Positions 18,701-25,714 of a DNA stretch of 34,849 nucleotides are shown piece by piece. The stretch is from an uncultured delta proteobacterium (GTDB lineage: Bacteria > RBG-13-61-14 > DRUE01). A program made the translations under genes and the position numbers. Below the pieces are notes generated by a model, which searched no databases, was not told the DNA's origin, and saw nothing but the letters and a program-made list of their open reading frames with translations. Where the stretch lies: assembly GCA_903897985.1 (NCBI GenBank), contig CAIUDS010000728.1, positions 1 through 34,849 on the forward strand, given 5' to 3'. The number at the start of each line of letters is the position of its first letter. Positions within the stretch are counted from its first letter, which is position 1.

Positions 18701-18877
18701 CACCAGCCAGCCGTTGCCGTGATAAAGTTCGGCCAGGAATAATTCAAACGCCCGGCCCTTTTCCTTTTCCGGCAACTCGTTGAGTTGGCTTTTAATGGCC
18801 GCTGCATTCCGGCTTTTCAGTAGATCCAGCAGTTTATCGTCTCTCATGATTTTATCTTGCTCAAATTCTATTGCCAT
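15791..18877 (-). CDS. Mrr-type PD-(D/E)XK nuclease + SF2 (ResIII/DEAH-like) helicase + 7 tandem helicase-associated (HA) domains, 1028 aa
   Basis: The N-terminus has FELFLAELYHGNGW...GDQGADILLY...YIIQAKNH (Mrr_cat-like D...D/E-x-K). Helicase motifs are I QATGTGKS, II VLDEFH, III TTATP and VI FFQQIGRCIQ. Seven ~65-aa units follow, of the form W-x-x-MF-x-x-L-x-x-F/Y-K-x-K/E-x-GHCNVP...W-x-x-x-QR...L-x-x-IGFDWDP. Confidence 0.85.
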   Translation of the reverse strand: MAIEFEQDKIMRDDKLLDLLKSRNAAAIKSQLNELPEKEKGRAFELFLAELYHGNGWLVETKGGRGDQGADILLYHPKTPTKASYIIQAKNHSKPLTFDQTKIELIKFEEQSAKQYDCQQFRLVALNGFVKEAQKLSRFNLSLKDGGHLDGLIAKYDPEKLTEPQIDLYAHNETTYQRVNELRMDSRQVAVVQATGTGKSYLIAKVMADFLADKKLVMAPQKYILQQQQRRVPWANQSTKFMTYAKGIHLTKTEIKKLAPKLIVLDEFHRCGAEEWGKGVDRILKAHSKAFVFGTTATPIRWLDESRDMSDELFGGTVAEDLSLAQAIIRRILPAPNYVAALYTLDEEIKDLQEKLEDSSKPAAEKKQIEAQIRQSKIAWEKTKGIPEILKKHLNPRINKFIIFCKDKEHLDQMEWVVESWFQKAGIFKKRQKYRLLSGDQANDQNLQEFRDAKAKDTAHLMFAIDMLNEGIHIPDVGAVILLRPTESPIVFFQQIGRCIQVGVDQTPIIFDFVNNFQNIRANDFLRDLQEAREQEARARKELGLEEYAPCFHITDETKEIRELFDRISERLQPWEVMFQQLVVYKQKYGHCNVPAMCKENRRFGTWVTWQRVNKDRISPEKVLKLDSIGFDWDPHENLWDKMFKQLLDFKAEHGHCNVPDKWKGNKQLGSWVGTQRTRKRGMSPEKIAKLDSIGFDWDPHENAWNQMFEQIEAFNKKHGHCNVSQKWGKNKQLGKWVCVQRRTKDNLSPERRYKLDFIGFDWDPLETIWNHMFEQLVAFKKKHGYCNVPRGWENRQLAQWVVTQRNTKDGQSPKRLGKLNSIRFDWDPEESKWNQMFEQLKTFNKKHGHCNVPRGSKENKQLSTWVNNQRFKKNRLPNAKIAKLNEIGFDWDPLETIWNQMFEKLAAFEKENGHCNVPRGWESKKELGTWVVTQRVKKDRLPPEKRAKLDSIGFDWDPIETRWNQMFQGLKGFKKKYGHCNVPARWKENKKFGHWVSNLRIHKDRLSPEKIANLNSIGFEWSRARNK
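15794..17161 (-). repeat. Intragenic tandem repeat, ~195 bp x 7 (HA-domain array)
   Basis: The protein-level periodicity is visible in DNA as recurring GGATCCCA(A/G)TCAAA(T/A)CC and ACATT(A/G)CAATGGCC words roughly every 195 nt. Confidence 0.8.
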
Positions 18878-18898
18878 CCATTATTAAAAGTCAACTTG

Positions 18899-18930
18899 AT
18901 TTTAGCACAGGTTGATGACAGAAGCGGTCA
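18899..18930 (-). promoter_or_regulatory. Extended -10 (TGCTAAAAT) preceded by conserved 20-nt motif, upstream of the helicase operon
   Basis: Minus strand reads TGACCGCTTCTGTCATCAAC, 6 nt, then TAAAAT with TGC immediately 5' of the hexamer. The ATG at 18877 lies ~20 nt downstream. The 20-mer (18911-18930) is identical to 34358-34377. Confidence 0.45.
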
Positions 18931-19007
18931 ATGGCGTGGAAGAAAGAAAGAATTGTATTCTCTGCGTTCTTTGCGCCTTTGCGGTAAAAGCAAAATCTGT
19001 GTTCATT

Positions 19008-19065
19008 CCTCCTTCGCTCGCCGTAGCGAGCTTCGGAGGACAGGCTGCGTAATCTGTGGATGAAT
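19008..19065. repeat. Palindromic REP-like element plus inverted copy of the ATTCATCCACAGATTAC word
   Basis: TCCTCCTTCGCTCGCCGTAGCGAGCTTCGGAGGA (19008-19040) is self-complementary. GTAATCTGTGGATGAAT (19049-19065) is the exact reverse complement of 14525-14541. Confidence 0.8.
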
Positions 19066-19070
19066 CGGTC

Positions 19071-20243
19071 CTAAAAATTGAAGCGCCAATGCACATACAT
19101 GATCTGGATGGGGACGAGTTCGCGGTCGGAGTCGGAGTCGAGGTTGGGTTGTTGGAAATCAAGTTGGCGATAGTCGAGGCTGGCCTGAACGGAGGAGGAT
19201 ATTTTGTAAACGATGCCGGCCATCCACATGTCCGTGGAATCGTGATTGAATTTGGGGTCCTGATTGGGGTCGTAGAAATCGTAGCGGCCGATCAGATCGA
19301 ATTTATCATTCAAGGTTACCACCAGGTATCCGGCCCAGCCGCCATATTGGATGGTCCGGTCGGAGGTCAGCACCGCTTCCGGGCCTTCAATGATTTTGAG
19401 CGCATCCACTGCTCCAACCGGATATTTTCCCGGGTCCACAAACGGAAACGATGCTTCGGGCATGCCTTTCCACGCCAGAAAATATTCGCCGCCCAGTTTC
19501 ACCTTCCCGGCATTGAGCATGCCGCCCAGGGCCAGCACATCATCGCGCAAATCCATGCCTTCGCTTTGGTCGGTCTTGTGCGTCGAATAGGCCGCCGCCA
19601 CCGAGCCGTTGGTCCCGCCTTTATCGCCAAGATAGAGCGTGACCATGCCCATATATTCCTTGAACCGGTCCAGCTCGATCCCTTTCAGGCCCTCTCCGTT
19701 AAAGATCGCGGCCTGATACTGGAGATGGTCGTCGAGGGTCGAGCCCAGCATACTGAACCCGAAGTCCGAGATCGGGAAAAAACTCCAATAGCAAAACGCC
19801 CCGCGCTCGATCATGTAATAGGTCCAGACCTGCTCGTGGATATAGCTGTTCCAGGGATTGTATTGAAGGCCCATCCGGATTTTGAACTCCGGCGCGAACT
19901 TGTATTCCATGAACGCATAACGCAACGAAAAGCGATAAAGGCCATCCGCGTCCTGCAAGCTGTCTATGGTCACCTGGGTTTTCAGATTGTCATTCGGCTG
20001 GTATTTAAAATAGAGATATGTGCGGGTGATTCGGAAAGCGTTGAACCCGGTCTTGTCGTCGCGGACAAAATCAGCGGGGTCGTCCGGGTTTGGAATGATT
20101 GAATATCTGCCGCCCGGGTTCAGGTATTGCTCGAATTGGAAAAGCATATAGCCGTAAATATTTAATTTTTGCTCGGTCTGCGCGAAGCCCAAATGGGGAA
20201 TCAGCGCGGAAAGCAGAACCAGCCACAGAACTCCTCTTTTCAT
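19071..20243 (-). CDS. Outer-membrane beta-barrel porin-like protein
   Basis: Trimmed to ATG 20241-20243 (MKRGVLWLVLLSALIPHLGFAQ signal). It has alternating aromatic/polar beta-strand patterns, is Y/G/D-rich, and ends ...YVHWRFNF with a terminal Phe. Confidence 0.6.
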   Translation of the reverse strand: MKRGVLWLVLLSALIPHLGFAQTEQKLNIYGYMLFQFEQYLNPGGRYSIIPNPDDPADFVRDDKTGFNAFRITRTYLYFKYQPNDNLKTQVTIDSLQDADGLYRFSLRYAFMEYKFAPEFKIRMGLQYNPWNSYIHEQVWTYYMIERGAFCYWSFFPISDFGFSMLGSTLDDHLQYQAAIFNGEGLKGIELDRFKEYMGMVTLYLGDKGGTNGSVAAAYSTHKTDQSEGMDLRDDVLALGGMLNAGKVKLGGEYFLAWKGMPEASFPFVDPGKYPVGAVDALKIIEGPEAVLTSDRTIQYGGWAGYLVVTLNDKFDLIGRYDFYDPNQDPKFNHDSTDMWMAGIVYKISSSVQASLDYRQLDFQQPNLDSDSDRELVPIQIMYVHWRFNF

Positions 20244-20416
20244 AACCGGGCCACTCCTTGCCAAGCCAATATCCTTTGAACCCGAAACCTCGGCCGCGAA
20301 ACGGCTGGTAGCTTAGATTTAGAAAATGCGGTTGTCAAAGCAAATTGCCGCGGACTTTGATATTCCGGCAAATTTGAATAAACTATAGAGAAGTTGTTGA
20401 ATCAGAGCAGTAAAAA

Positions 20417-21562
20417 ATGACTGAGCAAGCGCAAACGGAACCGAAAAATAACACGGCGCGCAAACGGATCACCGGCATCCTGGCCATCCTGGTTTTGATT
20501 GGGATCGCCTACGGCATCTATTGGCTGGCGGTGGTCCGGGGCACGGTCTATACGGACGACGCGCAGACCCAATCGCTGGTGGTCCCCTGCTCGAGCCGCG
20601 TGGGCGGCCGGGTGGAAGAGATTTTGGTCTGGGAAGGCCAGATGGTGAAGAAGGGCCAGGTGCTGGCGCGGCTGGACGACATGCCCTACCGGGCGCAGAA
20701 GGAGGAAGCCGAAGCCGGGATGGCCGCGGCCCAGGCCCAGCTCCAGTCTGCGATTTTGAATCTCCAGAAAGCGCGTTCGAGTTTGCCCAAGGAAATCGCA
20801 ATCGCGAGCGCGGATCGGCAGGCGGCCTCGACCAAGGCGGCTTTGCTGCTCAAGGAAAAAAATCATCTGGAGAATTTGCCGGGAGTGGCGACCAAGGATC
20901 AGCTTGACCAGGCGCGCACCAACTATGAAGTGGCCGCGAGCGGCTTGCAGGCTTCGCAACAGCGCCTGAATCTTCTGACTTCCCCCAACCCCCAACTCGG
21001 TTCCACCGTGAACCTGCCGCCCCGGTTGCTCGACATCGCCATGCTGCAGAACCAGGTCGAGACGGCCAAAGCCAACCTCGCCCTGGCCCAGGCCCGGCTG
21101 GACCTGGCCCAAGATAATTTTGACGAGATTACCGTGGCGGCTAAATTCGACGGCCAGATTTCGCGGCGCCATGTTGACCCGGGCCAGGTGGTCACGCCGG
21201 GCCAGCGCTTGTTCAGCATCAGCGTGCTCTCGCTGCCGTGGGTGGAGGCGAATTTCGAGGAAGGCGATATCTCCGGGATCAAGCCGGGCGGCAAGGCCTT
21301 CATCAAGGTTGACGCTTACAAGGGCCGCTCCTTCAACGGATATGTTGACAATATCGAGGGCGCGTCCATCTCCCGTTTCTCTTTGCTCCCCTCCGGGGCC
21401 AGCAGCGGCAATTTCATCAAGGTCACCCAGCGCGTGCCGGTGCGGGTGCTTTTCTCCGACCAGGATTTGCCTCCGCTTTACCCCGGCCTGAATGTCGAGG
21501 TCCGGGTGCGGGTGAGCGGCGGGAAGAGCGTGGCGAAACCGAAGCTCGCGCAAACCAAATAG
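20417..21562 (+). CDS. HlyD/EmrA-family membrane fusion protein
   Basis: N-terminal TM anchor, long coiled-coil (AQAQLQSA...LALAQARLDLAQ) and barrel-sandwich motifs (VYTDDAQ, GQMVKKGQVLARLD, ITVAAKFDGQISRRHVDPGQVV). Confidence 0.8.
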   Translation: MTEQAQTEPKNNTARKRITGILAILVLIGIAYGIYWLAVVRGTVYTDDAQTQSLVVPCSSRVGGRVEEILVWEGQMVKKGQVLARLDDMPYRAQKEEAEAGMAAAQAQLQSAILNLQKARSSLPKEIAIASADRQAASTKAALLLKEKNHLENLPGVATKDQLDQARTNYEVAASGLQASQQRLNLLTSPNPQLGSTVNLPPRLLDIAMLQNQVETAKANLALAQARLDLAQDNFDEITVAAKFDGQISRRHVDPGQVVTPGQRLFSISVLSLPWVEANFEEGDISGIKPGGKAFIKVDAYKGRSFNGYVDNIEGASISRFSLLPSGASSGNFIKVTQRVPVRVLFSDQDLPPLYPGLNVEVRVRVSGGKSVAKPKLAQTK

Positions 21563-21569
21563 ACTTTCG

Positions 21570-23121
21570 ATGGCGAATCCCCTGTCCCAGTCCTCCGCCC
21601 ATCCCAAGCCTTCCTGGAACCGCTGGGAAGTTCTGGCGGTGGTAATGACCGGGACCTTCATGGCCATCCTCGATTCGAGCATCGTCAATATCGCGCTTCC
21701 TCACATCATGACCTCGCTGGAGGTCAACCTCTCCCAAGTCCAATGGGTCCTGACCGCGTTCATGCTCGCGGCCGCGGTGGTGATGCCGCTCACCGGCTGG
21801 CTCGGGAACCGGTTCGGGTACGGGAAACTATACCTGGCCGCGCTCGGGCTTTTCACCTTCGGGTCACTCCTTTGCGGGCTGGCCTGGAACATAGATTCGC
21901 TGATCACCTTCCGTGTGCTTCAGGCCCTGGGCGGCGGCATGATGCAGCCCGCGGGCATGGCCATGATCACCCAGGTGTTCGAGCCGCATGAGCGCGGACG
22001 GGCCATCGGCATCTGGGGGATCGGCGCCATGGTCGCTCCCACCATCGGCCCCACCGCCGGCGCCTATCTCACCGAATATTTCGAGTGGCGCTCGATCTTT
22101 ACCATCAACATCCCGGTCGGACTCATCCTGATCATCATCGGCGCCGGGGTCTTTTCCAAACAAGAGCACAAATTCAAGCCGCCCGCATTCGACTGGATGG
22201 GCTTCAGCGCGCTCGGGGTGTTCCTCGTTTGCCTCCTGCTCGGGCTGGACCGCGGGCAGGACCACGGCTGGACTTCAACCCTCATCCTGACCTATTTCGT
22301 GATGGCCGCGGTCGCCTTTGTTCTCTTCATCGTGATCGAGACCAGCACGCCGCACCCGGTAATCCCGCTCAGTATGTTCAAGATCCCCGACTTTACGGCC
22401 GGCCTGGTCCTGGCGGTGGCCCGCTCCACCGCCTTGTTCGGAGCGGTGTTCCTGCTCCCGGTGTTCCTGCAAAGGCTGATGGGGCTTTCCACCATCCAGA
22501 ACGGCATCATCATGATCCCGGGCGCCATCTCGGTCGCCTTCTTCATGCCCATCGCCGGCAGGCTCACCGATTCCTACGGCGCGCGCTGGCCCGCGGCCAT
22601 CGGCGTGATTTGCGCCTCGGCGTCCTTGTATTTTTACAGCACCCTGGATGTGGACTCGTCCCGCTGGGCCATCATCTACCCGCAAATCTTCCGCGGGGCC
22701 GGCATCGCCTTCATGCTCACCCCGGTCGCAACCGCGGCCCTGAACGCGGTCCACCCGCGCCAGGCCGGGATCGCTTCCGGACTGCTCAATGTCGGCCAGC
22801 AGGCCGGCGGGTCGTTCGGCATCGCACTCCTCTCCACCCCTGCTCGCCCGCCGGACCATCATGCACGCCGAACTCCTCGGCGCCGCTCCCGGACTCGCCT
22901 ATGCCGGCTCGCTGTTCAGCTCGGCCACCGGAATGGCCTCCAGCCCGGAAACCACCCAGGCCGCGGTATTGCTGGCCGTGAACAAGGCCGCCGCGGTCCG
23001 CGCCTATGACGATGTCTTCGCCATCGCCGCCCTCATCGTCATCTCCGGCGGCCTCCTCCCCGCGCTGTTTCTTTCCGCCACCCCGGCAAAACGCAAAACT
23101 GCCGAAGCACCCGCAGATTAG
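21570..23121 (+). pseudogene. EmrB/QacA-type (DHA2, 14-TMS) MFS efflux transporter interrupted by a +1 frameshift
   Basis: Frame 1 (21570-) shows FMAILDSSIVNIALPHI and GWLGNRFG motifs, then degenerates into an Arg/Pro-rich tail after ...GIALLST. The proper C-terminus LLARRTIMHAELLG...VFAIAALIVISG continues in the frame of ORF 22789..23121. Removing one C from the CCCC run at 22837-22840 restores STLLARRTIM. Confidence 0.75.
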
Positions 23122-23143
23122 CGCGCGTGAATATCTCCTGCCT

Positions 23144-23179
23144 CATCCGCCATAGCTCCGTATCCGGAGCGAAGGAGGA
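23144..23179. repeat. REP-like element ending in GAGCGAAGGAGGA
   Basis: CATCCGCCATAGCTCCGTATCCGGAGCGAAGGAGGA with internal hairpin GCTCCG-TATC-CGGAGC. Same family as 14761-14794. Confidence 0.75.
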
Positions 23180-23242
23180 TCAGCGCCACGCCCGCCAAAC
23201 GCAAACCCGCCCCTGCCCCAGAATAAGGCCTGCAAAATTGAA

Positions 23243-23270
23243 ATTGACTTTGCTTGGCGTGGGAGTAAAA
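23243..23270 (+). promoter_or_regulatory. Putative sigma70 promoter of the HEPN/MNT pair
   Basis: TTGACT, 16-nt spacer, TAAAAT. The ATG at 23280 is only ~10 nt past the -10, which implies a leaderless or near-leaderless mRNA. Confidence 0.4.
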
Positions 23271-23279
23271 TTGAAAACG

Positions 23280-23702
23280 ATGCAGGATATTCGATGGAAG
23301 CAGCGGTTTCAAAACTTCCTCAAGGCCTTTCAGACCCTTGAGGAGGCCGCGAGTTTGGCCGGCCAGCGGCCATTGACCAAACTCGAACAACAGGGCTTGA
23401 TCCAGAGCTTCGAATTCACCCATGAGCTGGCCTGGAATGTGCTCAAGGATTATCTCGAAAACAAGGGCATTTCCGGCCTGGTCGGATCAAAAGACGCCAC
23501 CCGCGAGGCCTTCAAGAACGGCCTGATCGAGGACGGCGAAGCCTGGATGAAAATGATCGAGACGCGCAATCAAACCTCGCATACCTACGACTCCGGAGTG
23601 GCGGACGCCGTGGCCAATGACATCCTGAGAAAATTCTATCCGGCCTGCAAGAGCATGAAGGATAAATTCTCCGCCTTCTATAACCAGGGAAACCCCGACT
23701 GA
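23280..23702 (+). CDS. HEPN-domain protein, HI0074-type nucleotidyltransferase substrate-binding subunit (toxin)
   Basis: Trimmed to ATG 23280 (MQDIRWKQRFQNFLKAFQTLEEA...). The family-typical SFEFTHELAWNVLKDYL is present, as is the Rx4H HEPN motif in ETRNQTSHTY. Confidence 0.8.
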   Translation: MQDIRWKQRFQNFLKAFQTLEEAASLAGQRPLTKLEQQGLIQSFEFTHELAWNVLKDYLENKGISGLVGSKDATREAFKNGLIEDGEAWMKMIETRNQTSHTYDSGVADAVANDILRKFYPACKSMKDKFSAFYNQGNPD

Positions 23703-24028
23703 TGGAATACGGACTGCCCGATAGCGCCGTCGCCAAAATACGCGCGGCGCTCGCCCGCTTCCCGCAGGTGGAAAAAGCCATCCTCTATGGCTCCCGCGCC
23801 AAGGGCAGCTTCAAGACCGGCTCTGATATTGACCTCACGCTTTGCGGCAAAGAACTCAACCCGGACCTCCGCGCCGACATCGCTTCCGAACTCGATGACC
23901 TGCTCCTCCCCTACACCATTGACCTATCCCTCTTCGCCGAACTCAAGCACCCCGGTCTCCTCGACCACATCCGCCGCGTTGGTGTGCTCTTGTATCAACG
24001 AAACCCTGTCACAACGGAAAAGGGATGA
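23702..24028 (+). CDS. Minimal nucleotidyltransferase (MNT antitoxin)
   Basis: LYGSRAKGSFKTGSDIDL (G-S ... D-x-D pol-beta NTase motif). The start overlaps the HEPN stop by 1 nt. Confidence 0.8.
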   Translation: MEYGLPDSAVAKIRAALARFPQVEKAILYGSRAKGSFKTGSDIDLTLCGKELNPDLRADIASELDDLLLPYTIDLSLFAELKHPGLLDHIRRVGVLLYQRNPVTTEKG

Positions 24029-24137
24029 TGGAAGTGAAGGATGGAATCCGGTGCCGGGAATCCATCCACCAAACCAAGCTCGCCGCATCAGACGAGTTGA
24101 AGGAGTCGTTTTCACACCGAAAATTCAGGAGGGAGTC

Positions 24138-24861
24138 ATGAGCTGCAAAATCAAACTTTATAAATTTAGATCTCTTGGCGATGAAACCGCTTTTGATCGC
24201 GCCAAGAACATATTAGAACAAGGCAAATTTCATTGTGAAGTTTTTTTCAAACTTAATGACCCGATGGAGGGGGTATTTGAAATCCCCGATTCTTCGGACA
24301 AGGAAAGACTCGAGAATAATATCTTATCTATTTTTAGGTCGAAAACCAAATATCATTTGCTCGTTCAGCGGTCAAGAGGGCTTTAAGAATCCGACAATGT
24401 GGGGATATTACGCCAATGGCTTCAAAGGCATCGCCATTGAAATCAATGTTGACGAAAATGCCGTGAAGGAAATAAAATATCTGGACAAAATAAGTGATGT
24501 TGCCGATCTTGCACAAGGATCGGATGATGCAAAAGCTAAGGAATTATTAGCCCGCAAGCTGCGCGCTTGGGAACACGAGCATGAATATCGGTTTTTAGGG
24601 ACATCCGGCCATGAAGACTGCGAAATCGGAAAAATAACAGCCGTATATTTTGGAAATCCGTACGGCGGAATCTATAAGAAAAATCAAGAAGAAATCTACA
24701 ATCATAGCGAAGCTTTACGCTGTTATAACTGCCACAAAAGTGCTCTTATCCAGGTCGCAAACAGATCAGACATTAAGTGTGCTTCGGTTAAAATTGTCAC
24801 AGCAAGGAGCGCTAATGGAGAGGAATCACTAGCGGTCTCCGAAGATGAGCAGTTGACCTGA
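24138..24861 (+). pseudogene. DUF2971-family protein split by a frameshift
   Basis: The N-terminal part (ATG 24138, AGGAGGGA RBS) reads MSCKIKLYKFRSLGDE...FKLNDPMEG and stops at 24386. The C-terminal part, IICSFSGQEGFKNPTMWGYYANGFKGIAIEI...WEHEHEYRF, continues in the frame of ORF 24235..24861. The switch must occur near 24333-24350 (T5/A4 runs). Confidence 0.6.
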
Positions 24862-24886
24862 GAATTCAAAATTCTATTTCAGTTCA

Positions 24887-25714
24887 TCAACTCTTGGGCT
24901 GCATCATGGAGATAAACATTTTCATGGCCTGTTTGCGGGCCATCTGGGCGAAGGCGAAGGAGATGGGCATGAAGCGCGCGGCGAAATTGGTGCCGGCCTG
25001 GAAGATCACCTGGCCCTTCCGTTTCTCGCTGGCGTTGACAATGCAGCGGGCGACATATTCCGGTTCCTGCCCGCCGTGGGTCGCGGCCATGTCGCCGGGA
25101 AATTTGCAGTCCGGGCTGACCAGACTCGCGTGGAAATTGGTTTTGACAAAGCCGGGATAAAACGAGATGACATCAATGTTGTCCCGCTTCAACTCGGCCC
25201 GGGCGCTGTCCGCAAAACCCCAGAGCCCGAACTTGCTCGCGGCATAGGCGGACCAGAACGCAATCCCGAACCTGCCCGAACCGGAATTCATTATCAGGTA
25301 TTGGCCTGATTTCTGTTTTTGAAAAACGGGCAAGGCCGCGTAGAAGCAGTTGAGCACGCCCCAGAAGTTTACCTCGAACTGCTGGCGCCAGAGGTCCAGG
25401 CAGATATTCTCGACCCGGCCGACCAATCCATACCCGGACCCGCAGAACATCACATCCAACTGACCTGTCAGTTCCGCCGCCTTTTCGACCAGCATCTTCA
25501 TGTCCGCTTCCTTGGTCACATCCGCAGGAACAACCCAAGCCTCGCCGCCCTGCCCTTTCACCTTCGCCGCGACCTCTTCCATCGGCTTGACGCTGCGCGC
25601 GCTCAGGATCACCTTGGCCCCGCGTTTCGCGAATTCCATCGCCACCGCCCGGCCGATCCCGCTGGAGGCCCCGGTGATAACCACCGTTTTGCCGTTCAAA
25701 TCAAACCGGCTCAT
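24887..25714 (-). CDS. Short-chain dehydrogenase/reductase (SDR)
   Basis: TGASSGIGRA cofactor motif, NSGSG, catalytic YAASK. Confidence 0.85.
   Translation of the reverse strand: MSRFDLNGKTVVITGASSGIGRAVAMEFAKRGAKVILSARSVKPMEEVAAKVKGQGGEAWVVPADVTKEADMKMLVEKAAELTGQLDVMFCGSGYGLVGRVENICLDLWRQQFEVNFWGVLNCFYAALPVFQKQKSGQYLIMNSGSGRFGIAFWSAYAASKFGLWGFADSARAELKRDNIDVISFYPGFVKTNFHASLVSPDCKFPGDMAATHGGQEPEYVARCIVNASEKRKGQVIFQAGTNFAARFMPISFAFAQMARKQAMKMFISMMQPKS

Noticed and set aside
24614-24623. 10-nt match (GAAGACTGCG) between the repeat-proximal end of the mini-array spacer (reverse complement of 28844-28853) and the DUF2971 gene, a possible self-target or scaRNA-like seed.
   Set aside because: The match stops at 10 nt. 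About 0.07 such matches are expected by chance in this window on both strands, and I did not assess PAM context. It is not enough to claim targeting.
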